A stretch of DNA of 32,102 nt from a virus (Duplodnaviria > Caudoviricetes): positions 1-32,102 of IMG/VR virus record IMGVR_UViG_3300048578_000396. The stretch is one strand, 5' to 3'. A program made the translations under genes and the position numbers. Positions 1 through 10,158 of the stretch are shown piece by piece (position 1 is the first letter of the stretch; each line of letters opens with the position of its first letter). A model generated the notes under the pieces. That model worked only from the letters and a program-made list of their open reading frames with translations, had not been told where the DNA came from and did no database searches.

Positions 1-3000
1 CTATCCTGCTTGCCCCATGGCGATCCAGTTAATGATAGCCGTTTGTTGTGCACCATTATTTGTGACAATGACATTCCGCGCGTTTGACGCGGCATTTGGC
101 TGATCTCCATTGAGCTGAAAACTCCAATGCGATGAAGGAGTTATCGAAAAACTCCAAGCCCCGGCTGTATTTGACTTAAACCATTTTGGCGCAGTAATCG
201 CGTATGCGGCGATGCCTGTACCCATAGTTATACTTTCCCACCCAAACTGAAAGAGTAAACCATTCGAAAGCTGATACGACTCTCCTTTTACCCCTCTAGT
301 CTCCATAAATACACCAGAGCCAATTTTTGCGTAGACCCTCTTCGCATACTCCAATAAAATCCCATCGGCACGCATACAAACAAGCCGAAGTTCTCCAGTA
401 TATAGCTGAACAAAGTCAGCATCCCAAGATTGCACAGCAGGATCTACGGTTACTTCACTGGACCATGTTTTAGTAGTTGGATTGTAATACTTCGTACGTA
501 CATACCAAGAACCAGATACATTAGCTGAATAGGACAGATAAACAACTCCGGTGTTTGAAACTAATAGGTGCGGGTCTGTCCCTGTATAGTCACTAATAAC
601 AGCCTGTGCTACCCACGATGTTTCTGATAGGACTTCGAGCCATATATACCCTGTTGAGTGTTTTTGGTGAACCATCCATAGGGTACCATCTTCTAGCTGT
701 GCGTATGAAGGATCGTCGCCATCGGAAACAGCTTCTACTTCGGAACTCCAAGTACCGTCTTGTAAAACACGCTCCATTATTCGCATTGTTGGAGATGCCG
801 ACTCAGTTCGGTAAGCAAGACGAATCCCGTCATTTACTAGTCCATACCTAGGTGAGTATGCTGCCATACTACTAAGCTGAACGGGACTAGACCATGTGTT
901 TAGATCAGTAGATGTTATCTCATATATGTAGTTATTGCTTCCTCTGTAAGCTATGTGTACTACTCCGTCATTATCCTCAACGATGCAGTGTGTGTACGCA
1001 CTCGCCACAGGAATGACAACTTCTGCCCCACTGGTGCCAGATCCGGATTTTTTTAAAACTAGCTTGCCGTCGGATACTCGTTCTAGAAGAACATACAGAT
1101 TCCCATCGCTTCGCTTGAGGTAAGCAGGAAGCATAGAGTTATAGCTTGTCAGCGCGGTAGCTGCCCCCCACTGCGCGTCATAATTTGATACGAAATCGCC
1201 GTCCATCAGGACGGCTCCACCTACCCCAAGCCGTCCGATTCGCGCCCTGAGCACCTCGAGAGAAGTAATATTGTTAGGAGTATCGATAAAATCGATCCTA
1301 TCTTTTGCGAGTTGTACGCACCTTTTTTGTATGCCTTTCCCATTTGAGTATCGTATCCTCCCGCCCGAAGGCACTGTAATAGCGAGACTGAATATTGAGT
1401 CGATGTTTAGCTCACTCGCTGTAATAGACCCGGCCCATATTTCAGTACCACTTATCATTTGTCCGAAATTTACTGCCTGAATGCCTTGTGTCGTAGAAAC
1501 TTCATAGAATGATGAATCAACATACAACAGTCCATTTATAGTGTCTGCAACCTGTGCATAAATGAGCACGCCATCTTTATAAAATCGTATGGTGTTTCCA
1601 TCATACGTGATGCCAAACCGCGTGCTTTCGGTATACGCACCAGCAGACAGTACTTGGCTACCGTCTACCCACACAAAAGCGTTGCCTGCGGACAGATACC
1701 AAGCCCAATCAATCGAACCTAGCGTAGCATCGCTTGTTGGATCGGAATTCAGTCCAATAAACACATGTACAGTAGTACCTAAAGGACAAAACTTCAAACA
1801 ACACGACAAGTATCCTTCAACAGAATAGACTTGTCCATCCCACGTGTTGTTATTTCCGGTTGTTTTCTTGAAGCTCGTAGCGCTTGTCTGTTCGACGCCG
1901 CCAGATATAGCAGGTGTCCATTGCCCGAGACCAGGAGGAGCGACCACCTGTGGGGTTTGCCACTCAGCTTGTGTGATTGTGTCTGTAGGGGCGCTTGAAG
2001 AGGCAACGGCCATTGTCATCCATATCGGCATTGAGCCTAGAGGAATAGTGCTAGACCATGCGCCGAGCGATGTTCCGTTTAATGAGTGCGTGGTAAATGT
2101 ATATATCATTGAGCTTATATCCGTTGTAACGGGACGGGCAATACCACGCTGGTATAGGAATACTACAGCGTTGTTAATTCCAGCAACCCCGGTTGCGCCT
2201 GTAGCGCCTGTCTGGCCAGCGACACCCACGACGTAGGGCGTCGGCGAGCCCGGCCAGATCCCGGCCGTCGTCGCTCCAGTCGCTGCGTCCGTGACCGGGC
2301 AGTCTACCGCGTAGAGGCTCTGGCCCGCTGCGCCGACGCCAGGGCTCCTCGCCCAACCGTTGAGCGTCGCCGGGTCGGTCCACGATGCGCTCGCCCAGGT
2401 GTAGGTCGAGCTCCCCACGGGAAAAGTCGTCGGTGCAGACGAGGCCCACTTGTACAGCGTCAGGATCGCCGTCCGCTGTCCTGCCGCGCCAGCGGCCCCC
2501 GTGGCTCCGGTTGCACCCGTGGCGCCTGTCTGGCCGGCGACCCCGACGACGTAGGGAGAGGGCGAGGTCGGCCAGGTCCCGGCCGTCGTGGTACCGGTGG
2601 CGGCGTCCGTCACCGGGCAGTCCACCGCGTAGAGGCTCTGCCCCGCAGTCCCCGTTCCCGGCGTCTTCGTCCAGCCGTTGAGCGTCGCCGGGTCGGTCCA
2701 CGATGCGCTCGCCCAGGTATAGGTCGAGCTTCCCGTCGGCCAGGTCGTCGGCGCCGAGCTCGCCCACTTGTAGAGCGTCAGGATCGCCGTCCGCTGCCCG
2801 GCCGCGCCGGCGGCTCCGGTCGCACCCGTGGCCCCCGTCGAACCGGTCTGGCCCGCAACTCCCACGACATAGGGCGTCGGTGAGGTCGGCCAGGTCCCCG
2901 CCGTCGTGGCGCCGGTGGCGGCATCCGTGACCGGGCAGTCCACCGCGTAGAGGCTCTGGCCTGCCGCGCCAACGCCGGGACTCCTCGTCCAACCGTTGGG

Positions 3001-4944
3001 CGTTGCCGGGTCGGTCCACGACGCCGCGGCCCAGGTGTAGGTCGAGATTCCCACGGGGAAGGTCGTCGGGGCGGCCGAGCCCCACTTGTAGAGCGTCAGG
3101 ATCGCGGTCCGCTGACCAGCCGAACCGGCCGCACCGGCAGCCCCCGTGGCTCCGGTCGCTCCTGTTGCGCCCGTGGCGCCTGTCTGGCCGGCGACCCCGA
3201 CGACGTAGGGAGTGGGGGAGGTCGGCCAGGGTCCGGCCGTCGTCGCGCTTGTGGCGGCGTCCGTGACCGGGCAGTCCACTGCGTAGAGGCTCTGGCCCGC
3301 CGCGCCGACGCTGGGACTCCTCGTCCAGCCGTTGAGCGTCGCCGGGTCGGTCCATGACGCCGTGGCCCAGGTGTAGGTCGAGCTCCCCACGGGGAAGGTC
3401 GTCGGGGCGGCCGCGGCCCACTTGTAGAGAGTCAGGATCGCCGTCCGCTGTCCAGGCGTGGCATTCTGAGCCTGTTGCCGTGGATCCTCATTGCCGGTCT
3501 TGGGCTCTGGGAGGACCGCCTGGTAGCTCGCCGTGGGGGTAATGACTACGGGCGCAAGGGACAGGAGCTTGTAGGTGTAGATCTCGGTGTCGGCGTCGTA
3601 CTGGCGGGTTCTGATGACGGCGGTAGTTGCGAGGGCCGAGTAGGGATCCCGGAGGGTGACGATCGTGCCGAGATCGAGGCGGGTCTCGCTCCTGGCGGTG
3701 TAGCGCCAGCAGGTGGCGCCATATTGATCGGCGAGGGCGCAGGCAAGGCGAGTGGCTGAGGCGAGGTCGTGGACGAATTCGGCCGTAAGGGTTTTCGTGT
3801 TCTTAGGCGAGGCGATGGTGTTCTTGACGACCGAGTTCTCGGCGCCGCGGTAGATCACGTCGCCGTAGAGGTCGCAGTAGTAGATCTTGAGGCTCGCCCC
3901 GGTAGGATTCTTGTAGGCCATGCGGGCGCGCTTGTTCCGGAAGATCGGCGAGATGGCCTCGACGATGCCGGTGTCGAACTTCACATCGAGGCGGTGGTTT
4001 TTCGTGAGGACGAGCTGGGTGAAATCGGTGTTCTTCTTCGTCGTCAGGCCAGAAGAGCTCACCGTGGTCGAGAGCGCCGTGTCATCGTAATCCCACCAGG
4101 TTTCCGCGGTATTGGCTTCTTCAGGCCAGAGGAGTCCGGACTGGATGGGATAGCCCGAACGCTTGTTGTCATCCCCGAAGGGGAGGTCGGCCATGTAGAG
4201 GAGGCAATTCGCCTTGTCCTTGAGGGCGTACCAGATGACCTTGGCAGCGTCGGCCTCACGCTCGACGCGCTGGGGCGAGAGCCCCGTCATAAGGAGGGAT
4301 TCATCCAGCGTCATTGTCGGCGAGGGCGTCTCGATCAGCCAACGCCAGGTCTCGAAATGGTCGAGGTTCCATCGCAGGACGAGCCCATACTGGAAGAGGA
4401 GGGAATCGAGCGTATCGGCGACACTGTCATCCTCGTCGAGCGTGAATGCATGAAGGACCGTCGTCTCGGCGATCGTGGCAACGAAGAGGCTGCCTGAGAT
4501 CCCTCGAAGGGCGAGGAGTCTGTGGACGAGGGAGGTCGCTGGGGAAGAGGGATCGCAGACCTTGCAGTCTTCGGCGACAAAGGCCTCGGTCGCCGTGACC
4601 TTGCCCTCGAGCCAGGCAGAGTAGTCGAGGACCTCGAGCTCGATGTCCGAAAGGTCCGCCGCGCCATCGCAGGCGATACCATTGGAGCTCCAGCCATCGG
4701 TCGGAGGTACGCGGCCTTTGAAGGCCAGCACGCCATCCTTGAGGATCCTCACGATGATGTCGCCGGTCACCGCCGCGCGCGCAGCGAGGTAGGCTGATGT
4801 CGGGATAAAGGATATTTTCCACTGGCTCACGGCGCGCTGGAATGACTCGGTGCAGAGGTACTCGTCGGGCGAGGCTGAACGAAGGGAGAGGGGCCCCATC
4901 TCGGCCCCGGTACCGAAATCGAAGTATGCAGTGTAGTCGGCCAT
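1..4944 (-). CDS. Tail tip/central fibre, host-specificity protein (~1647 aa): N-terminal hub-like region, four ~106-aa repeats with collagen-like linkers, lectin-like and beta-propeller-like regions, gp53-like C-terminal domain
   Basis: Directly follows the tape measure gene (TGATG overlap puts the ATG at 4944; GTG at 4947 is an alternative). GATGATG Gly-X-Y tracts; C-terminal 'GLLFQFGW...NWIAMG' typical of tail fibre C-termini. Confidence 0.8.
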   Translation of the reverse strand: MADYTAYFDFGTGAEMGPLSLRSASPDEYLCTESFQRAVSQWKISFIPTSAYLAARAAVTGDIIVRILKDGVLAFKGRVPPTDGWSSNGIACDGAADLSDIELEVLDYSAWLEGKVTATEAFVAEDCKVCDPSSPATSLVHRLLALRGISGSLFVATIAETTVLHAFTLDEDDSVADTLDSLLFQYGLVLRWNLDHFETWRWLIETPSPTMTLDESLLMTGLSPQRVEREADAAKVIWYALKDKANCLLYMADLPFGDDNKRSGYPIQSGLLWPEEANTAETWWDYDDTALSTTVSSSGLTTKKNTDFTQLVLTKNHRLDVKFDTGIVEAISPIFRNKRARMAYKNPTGASLKIYYCDLYGDVIYRGAENSVVKNTIASPKNTKTLTAEFVHDLASATRLACALADQYGATCWRYTARSETRLDLGTIVTLRDPYSALATTAVIRTRQYDADTEIYTYKLLSLAPVVITPTASYQAVLPEPKTGNEDPRQQAQNATPGQRTAILTLYKWAAAAPTTFPVGSSTYTWATASWTDPATLNGWTRSPSVGAAGQSLYAVDCPVTDAATSATTAGPWPTSPTPYVVGVAGQTGATGATGATGATGAAGAAGSAGQRTAILTLYKWGSAAPTTFPVGISTYTWAAASWTDPATPNGWTRSPGVGAAGQSLYAVDCPVTDAATGATTAGTWPTSPTPYVVGVAGQTGSTGATGATGAAGAAGQRTAILTLYKWASSAPTTWPTGSSTYTWASASWTDPATLNGWTKTPGTGTAGQSLYAVDCPVTDAATGTTTAGTWPTSPSPYVVGVAGQTGATGATGATGAAGAAGQRTAILTLYKWASSAPTTFPVGSSTYTWASASWTDPATLNGWARSPGVGAAGQSLYAVDCPVTDAATGATTAGIWPGSPTPYVVGVAGQTGATGATGVAGINNAVVFLYQRGIARPVTTDISSMIYTFTTHSLNGTSLGAWSSTIPLGSMPIWMTMAVASSSAPTDTITQAEWQTPQVVAPPGLGQWTPAISGGVEQTSATSFKKTTGNNNTWDGQVYSVEGYLSCCLKFCPLGTTVHVFIGLNSDPTSDATLGSIDWAWYLSAGNAFVWVDGSQVLSAGAYTESTRFGITYDGNTIRFYKDGVLIYAQVADTINGLLYVDSSFYEVSTTQGIQAVNFGQMISGTEIWAGSITASELNIDSIFSLAITVPSGGRIRYSNGKGIQKRCVQLAKDRIDFIDTPNNITSLEVLRARIGRLGVGGAVLMDGDFVSNYDAQWGAATALTSYNSMLPAYLKRSDGNLYVLLERVSDGKLVLKKSGSGTSGAEVVIPVASAYTHCIVEDNDGVVHIAYRGSNNYIYEITSTDLNTWSSPVQLSSMAAYSPRYGLVNDGIRLAYRTESASPTMRIMERVLQDGTWSSEVEAVSDGDDPSYAQLEDGTLWMVHQKHSTGYIWLEVLSETSWVAQAVISDYTGTDPHLLVSNTGVVYLSYSANVSGSWYVRTKYYNPTTKTWSSEVTVDPAVQSWDADFVQLYTGELRLVCMRADGILLEYAKRVYAKIGSGVFMETRGVKGESYQLSNGLLFQFGWESITMGTGIAAYAITAPKWFKSNTAGAWSFSITPSSHWSFQLNGDQPNAASNARNVIVTNNGAQQTAIINWIAMGQAG
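2175..3453 (-). repeat. Four tandem intragenic repeats (unit starts 3453, 3117, 2799, 2481; spacing 336, 318, 318 bp)
   Basis: Each unit encodes GQRTAILTLYKW...WTDPAT(L/P)NGW...YAVDCPVTDAAT...PYVVGVAGQTG followed by a Gly-X-Y linker; high nucleotide identity between units. Confidence 0.95.
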
Positions 4945-7900
4945 CACACCCGCTCCAGTTGCCCGCGCTTCGTCTTGCGATCGATCTTCGTAGCCAGCGT
5001 CTCGACAAGGCCATCCTCGGAGACGATGCTCCCCTCGACATTCACATTGGTCTGATAGGTGATCGTAGTCCCGGATCCGCCGACCCTGCTCAAGGCCAGA
5101 TCACCCGACCTGAGGCTCGAGGTGATTCCGGATCGCGAGGATTCCGCCTTCCTCATGGCAAGCTTCTCGCCCGCCGCGAGCTGCTCGAGGACATCCCTGA
5201 CCACGGCGAGCTGGGCATTCTCCCCTGCGTCGAGCGCGGGGCCCGCACCAATGGAGATGTCGCCCTTGCGGAGGCTCTCGGCGAAGGTGGCGGGGATGAT
5301 CGTCTCGCCGGCATGGACCATGGCGAGCTGGTCGGATGGGATTTTAAGTGCGCCCACGTCGTAGGACAGTAGCGGGGTTTGGCCGAATATCTTGAGTCCG
5401 TTGATCCCTTTAATAATGCCATTCATCAGGTCTACAACAGCCCGGGCAATGGGATCGATGATGTTCGTCTTGAGCCATTTGAAGGCATTTCCAACGGCCG
5501 TTACTGCATCAGAAATGCCACCCCAGATCCCAACAGCAACCGATTTGATACCATCCCATATTCCGGAGCCAGCACGACCAATCCAGTCCCACGTAGACTT
5601 GGCAAAATCCGTGACGCCATTCCACATGGAGGTCGCTCCCGAGGAGACCACGTTCCAGAGCCGCTCGAAGAGCGAGCCCGTCCCCTCCTCGATGCCGGCG
5701 AGCTTCGGGGCGGTCGTATCCGTTTGGGTCGCACCGAGGGCGGCAACGCTCTTGTCCCGAGCATCCGCAGCGGCCGCGATGCGGGCGGCGTAATCCGCCT
5801 CGGAGATCGCCCCCATCTTGAGGAGATTCTGCAGCGAGGAAACATTCTGGCTATACGAATCCTTGAGGGCCTGCGTCTTGTCCGCTATATCCTTCTGCGC
5901 GTTCACCATGCTGCCATCGATCTTCGTGAGCGAAGACAGGTAGGAAATATGGAGGCCGAATACCCCGAGGAAGATGTTGACCGCCTGGAGGACCCAGTTG
6001 ATGACGGAGATGATCGTATTGCCAACCGGGACGACCACGGCATTGTTGAGCCACTGGAAGGCCTGCCCGATGAGGCGGACGGGGACGATCGCCAGCTCGA
6101 TGCCCACCGCGAGGACGCCCACGAGGAGTTGCGCGACATTGACGAAGGGAGCGACAACCTGGCCAACCACGACACCGAGCTCCATAAGGATGGTGACGAG
6201 GGGCTGCAGGGCGGAATTGATCATCGGCTCGAGGATGATCTTGGCGGCGTCGAGGATGGTCGAGATCGGATTGAGGAGCTTCTGGACGTTCTCAATCGAA
6301 AGGGCGAAGGAGACGAGGGCCGCGATCACCATCATGAGGGGATCGACAGCGGCCTGTCCTCCGAGGCCGGCCATCTGCCCGACCTCCGTCCCCTTCGCCG
6401 CATCCTGGACGGAAAGCGACGCGTACTCACGGTAGTTCCCGTTCTTCTCGGCCTCGGCAAGGCGCTCCTGGAAGACGCGCTTGTCCTCGGCGATCTGCGC
6501 GTCGGCTATCTGCTTCGAGTACTTCGTCTCGATGGCGAAGCGGCTCGCGCCCGTGAGGTCGGCAAGCTCGAGCTCCTTGTCGCGGGCAAGTTCGAGATCG
6601 TCGACCTTCGACTCGGTCACTGCCGCGTAGGCTGCTCGGCTCTTGTTCGCCGCATCGAAAGCGGCGCCCACGGCATCCGAGGCTTCCTTCTTCTCGGTAT
6701 CGGAGATCTCCTTCAAGTACTTCGCATCGACTGCGCCACGGAGGGCTGCATACTTCGCGTGGATAGCAGACTTCTGCGCCCCTGATAGCCCTGCGGCGGC
6801 TATGGCCTTGGTCTCGAGTTTGTTGAGGCTCTCGATCTGGGCAGCTTCTTCGAGCTTGAGATCATCAACCTTGGTCGCCGTGATCTTGGCGGCGGCGGCG
6901 ATTTCTTCCTTGACGATGGACGCGGCGAGGACTGCGCGCTTTGAAGCGTAGTAGGCCGTTATTTCATCGAGAATTTTCTGATTAGCTGATCCAATATAAG
7001 CGGCGCTAGCTTCCGCATTCTTCTGCATCTCTTCGAAGTCGATGGAGGCATAGGGATTCGAAGAAGACTCGGCTTGGTTCTTGCCGTACTCCTTGCCCCA
7101 TGAGTCCTTGAAGGAGGCCGCGGTGGCATTCTTTTTCCTTTGAGCTTCTGACTCTTCGATCCTCTTCAAAGCGGCATCATAGTCCTGCAATTGCTTCGAG
7201 GCTTCATTAAAGCCAGCCGTTCCTGCCGCATGAGACATCGCAAGTTGTAAGGACGATCGAGCCGCCCGGAGCTCGGCTTCGCTCATGTTGTTCAACGTTG
7301 CCATATAGCCGGATGCCGCGCTGCTCGCCTTCCCTAGTTCCGAGCTGGCTTTGTTCGTCGCTTCCGCAGCCTTGTTCTGGGTAGCCGCGTAGATAATGTA
7401 TCCAGCGGTCGCTGCGCCCACGAGGGCGATGCTAGCGATAAGCAGGGGATTCCCCACCGCGCGGGCCGCGTTGAGCGCCATCTCCGCAGCGTAGGCGAGC
7501 CAGGTCTTGGCGGTTGAAAGCGCCATCTTGACCGCCCACACCCCGAGGAGGGCCGTGACGGTCACGAGAGCCCCAGCGAGAATCCCTTGAAGGATCGGAG
7601 AACCACTGATGGCGTTGTTGAGGCTGGTGAGTCCTCCGACTATGGCCTTGGCCGCGGGGAGAAGAAGCTCCCCATAGGAAGTTGCGACGCCATCGATGGA
7701 ATCCTGGTAGGTCGACCAGACGCCCTGCAGGGTCTGGGCTCCACGTGCCATGCCGCCATGGAACTGCCCGCCTTCGGCCGTGAGGCGCTGCATTGCCGCG
7801 ATGAAGTCCTCGGTGCTCACCTGTCCCTTCGACATCATGTCGAAGACCTCGACCTCGGTTTTCCCATAACCAGCCGCGAGCTCGTCGAGGATGGGGACTC

Positions 7901-8699
7901 CCGCCTCGAGGAAGACATTCATCTGCTCGAGATCGACCTTGCCCTTCACCGACATCTTCGAGAACGAGGCGACCATGGAATCGAATTTCTGCTGGTTGCC
8001 CAGGGAGAGATCGCCGAGCTCTCCGAGGCGCGTTGTGAGGTCGCCGATCTGGACCTTCGCGGCCATGAGTTGCTGGGCATTCTTCGCGGTGCCCTCGAGA
8101 TTGAAAGGCGTGACGTTTGCGAACTGCTTGATCTGGAGAAACACTGTTCGCGCGGCATCAGCGGACCCCGTAAGGGTCTCGAAGTTCGCGTTCAGCATTT
8201 CATAATTGCCGGCAGTCTCGAGTGCCACTTTCCCGGCATTGAGGACGGCAGTCCCGACCGTCTGAAAAACCTTGACTGCGGCCATCGAGGAGATCGAACC
8301 CTGAAGGTCGATGAAGCTTCCCGATGTGACCTGATTCTGCTTTTCGACTTCCTTGGCCGCGACGGTCGTCGCATCATACTCGAGCTTGAGGTTCTGAAGC
8401 TCCTTGGCCTCTGGAGCAATACCCTTGTCGAGGAGGTCGAGCATTGCTCCCTTGAGGAGGGCCTGGCGTTCCTTGAGGCCGCCGAGCTCGTCGTCGAAGA
8501 GCCTCGCGGCCGACTCATTTTTCCGAAGCTCACTTCCGAGGCTAGAGAGAACTTCCTTTACTTCGCGGGACGAGGGGGCAAGGGCCTTTGCCTCCACCGA
8601 CAGATTCTTCATTTCCTGAGAGAATCCTCGAACCTCGGTTCTAGCTTCTCGGGCAGCGACTTCAATTTCTATTCGTAGTTTTTCCGTCGTGTCCGACAT
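4944..8699 (-). CDS. Tail tape measure protein (1251 aa)
   Basis: Long Ala-rich helical protein; tape-measure motif 'ETLTGSADAARTVFLQIKQFANVTPF'; hydrophobic segments; periodic Trp/Phe; C-terminal 'LAMVHAGETIIP'; lies after the chaperones. Confidence 0.93.
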   Translation of the reverse strand: MSDTTEKLRIEIEVAAREARTEVRGFSQEMKNLSVEAKALAPSSREVKEVLSSLGSELRKNESAARLFDDELGGLKERQALLKGAMLDLLDKGIAPEAKELQNLKLEYDATTVAAKEVEKQNQVTSGSFIDLQGSISSMAAVKVFQTVGTAVLNAGKVALETAGNYEMLNANFETLTGSADAARTVFLQIKQFANVTPFNLEGTAKNAQQLMAAKVQIGDLTTRLGELGDLSLGNQQKFDSMVASFSKMSVKGKVDLEQMNVFLEAGVPILDELAAGYGKTEVEVFDMMSKGQVSTEDFIAAMQRLTAEGGQFHGGMARGAQTLQGVWSTYQDSIDGVATSYGELLLPAAKAIVGGLTSLNNAISGSPILQGILAGALVTVTALLGVWAVKMALSTAKTWLAYAAEMALNAARAVGNPLLIASIALVGAATAGYIIYAATQNKAAEATNKASSELGKASSAASGYMATLNNMSEAELRAARSSLQLAMSHAAGTAGFNEASKQLQDYDAALKRIEESEAQRKKNATAASFKDSWGKEYGKNQAESSSNPYASIDFEEMQKNAEASAAYIGSANQKILDEITAYYASKRAVLAASIVKEEIAAAAKITATKVDDLKLEEAAQIESLNKLETKAIAAAGLSGAQKSAIHAKYAALRGAVDAKYLKEISDTEKKEASDAVGAAFDAANKSRAAYAAVTESKVDDLELARDKELELADLTGASRFAIETKYSKQIADAQIAEDKRVFQERLAEAEKNGNYREYASLSVQDAAKGTEVGQMAGLGGQAAVDPLMMVIAALVSFALSIENVQKLLNPISTILDAAKIILEPMINSALQPLVTILMELGVVVGQVVAPFVNVAQLLVGVLAVGIELAIVPVRLIGQAFQWLNNAVVVPVGNTIISVINWVLQAVNIFLGVFGLHISYLSSLTKIDGSMVNAQKDIADKTQALKDSYSQNVSSLQNLLKMGAISEADYAARIAAAADARDKSVAALGATQTDTTAPKLAGIEEGTGSLFERLWNVVSSGATSMWNGVTDFAKSTWDWIGRAGSGIWDGIKSVAVGIWGGISDAVTAVGNAFKWLKTNIIDPIARAVVDLMNGIIKGINGLKIFGQTPLLSYDVGALKIPSDQLAMVHAGETIIPATFAESLRKGDISIGAGPALDAGENAQLAVVRDVLEQLAAGEKLAMRKAESSRSGITSSLRSGDLALSRVGGSGTTITYQTNVNVEGSIVSEDGLVETLATKIDRKTKRGQLERV

Positions 8700-8707
8700 G
8701 CCTCACC

Positions 8708-9453
8708 TCATCTCGCGTTCTTCATCTCTTCTTCGCGCTCTTCGGCGTCGCACTTGGCTTCCTCCCGCTTGAGTGCCAGGAAGAACCTCATCGCCCGGTA
8801 TGGCCATCGAGGCCAAGGGCCTGACCACGGAGGGGCGCCAAGATCCCGCGTCATCACGTAGAAATCGATGGCATCCAGGGTTCCAGGATCACCCACGTAG
8901 CGGGGAATCTCGGCGTACCGGATCAGGATCTCGATTCCCTCCTCGTCAAAAACCCCGGTCGGGCAGAGCTTCGTCTTCTCCCGGCCGGGCCTGATTTTGT
9001 ACTGCTGCTTACCTTTCCTCAGGAGGCGGTAAGCGATGATCAGTTTTTTTCGTCTTCGTCCGTCTCGTCCTCAACCTCGCGGGCTTCCTTGCGGAACTCC
9101 TCGGCAAGCTCCTTGATGAGCTTTCCACCGACGTTCGAAGGAGCTTCGAAGAGCGTCTGGGCGTTCGTGATCTTGCGGATCTTGCCTTCCCGGTCGGGGT
9201 AGGTGAAGTTCCTGATCCTCGGGGCGAAGCCGGTGATGAGGCTGAAGTCGTCGGAGACGAGCTTCATCTCCATGCCCTCGTACTGGCCGCCCTCGTTGTA
9301 CTTGTAGGACACGTCGCGTTTGGGCTTGATGGTCCTCAGGGCTGCGGCGGAGAGGACATCCCACTCGACGGTGACCTGCTCGGACGAGTCGAGGTCGCGG
9401 TTACCGTTGAAGCGGGGAATGTAGGTTTTGCGAAGATCGGGGGAAAAGTTCAT
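8708..9453 (-). CDS. Tail assembly chaperone, frameshifted GT-like form (~248 aa; -1 shift at 9049-9043)
   Basis: A AAA AAC heptamer just before the TGA of the 137-aa ORF; the -1 frame (KLIIAYRLLRKGKQQ...) is open to the stop at 8708, immediately before the tape measure gene. Confidence 0.85.
9040..9453 (-). CDS. Tail assembly chaperone (G-like, 137 aa)
   Basis: Between tail tube and tape measure genes; AAGGAG RBS; acidic C-terminus ending EDEKN at the slippery site. Confidence 0.85.
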   Translation of the reverse strand: MNFSPDLRKTYIPRFNGNRDLDSSEQVTVEWDVLSAAALRTIKPKRDVSYKYNEGGQYEGMEMKLVSDDFSLITGFAPRIRNFTYPDREGKIRKITNAQTLFEAPSNVGGKLIKELAEEFRKEAREVEDETDEDEKN

Positions 9454-9465
9454 GTATGCGCTCCT

Positions 9466-10158
9466 TTAAGCAATGTCTTCCATGTAGAAGCTGGGGTCCA
9501 TTCCGGCCAGGACGAAGTCGGAATCCGAGGTCTGGGCGTTGCCGCTCGATCCGCCCGCGCTGCATCCGCCGAGGTAGATGGGCGCGAAGAGGAACTCAGA
9601 CCGCTCGCCGGGGAGGCTGCTCTCGCGGATGTAGAGCTGGGCCCACATCGGTTCGTTCGTGGGCTCCGAGACGGTGATGGTGCCGGTCTTGTCCTTCTTG
9701 ACTGTCTTGAAGAACCGCTTCATGAGGCCGCCGGCCTCGTCGGTGACGCCCTGGATGAACTGGAACTTCATCTTGCCCGAGAACTCGTTCTTCCCGAGGC
9801 GCTGCTGGACGAAACGGTCCTTGAGCTTCGTGGTCTCGATCTTCTTGGCTGAGATGGTCGCGCTCCAGTCGACTATGTCGGCGATGGCGGTGAAGGTGCC
9901 GAGCGCCATCTGGTCGCCCGCGACTGGCTTCTCGTCGCCGTCGGCGGGAAAGAGCATCCCCACGGCGAAGGCCGCGAAGATGGAATTCGCAGCGGCCTTG
10001 GCCGTGATGCGCCAATAGCCCTTCCCCTTGCCGCTCGCCGCGGCTCCGCCGGCGAGCTCGTCGAGTGTTTTCACGCCGTCACCGAGCAACGTGGTTCCGA
10101 AGGAACCGGCGAATACATCACCATCATCACCTATGAGGCGAAAGTTTTCGTATGACAT
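9466..10158 (-). CDS. Major tail (tube) protein (230 aa)
   Basis: Position upstream of chaperone and tape measure genes; size; beta-rich 'DWSATISAKKIETTKLKD' tube-like motif; GGAGG RBS. Confidence 0.75.
   Translation of the reverse strand: MSYENFRLIGDDGDVFAGSFGTTLLGDGVKTLDELAGGAAASGKGKGYWRITAKAAANSIFAAFAVGMLFPADGDEKPVAGDQMALGTFTAIADIVDWSATISAKKIETTKLKDRFVQQRLGKNEFSGKMKFQFIQGVTDEAGGLMKRFFKTVKKDKTGTITVSEPTNEPMWAQLYIRESSLPGERSEFLFAPIYLGGCSAGGSSGNAQTSDSDFVLAGMDPSFYMEDIA

Noticed and set aside
1-60. Prophage termini and MuA binding sites at the window edges
   Set aside because: Both edges coincide with stop codons of phage genes; no end sequences are visible
2174-3421. 415-aa alternative-frame repetitive ORF, and the repeats as a possible CRISPR array or DGR template/variable pair
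   Set aside because: Arg-rich off-frame product of the repeats; units are ~318 bp, coding and lack spacers; differences are not adenine-specific and no reverse transcriptase is in the window
8708-8896. Stand-alone 62-aa gene
   Set aside because: No RBS before the GTG; better explained as the tail of the frameshifted chaperone
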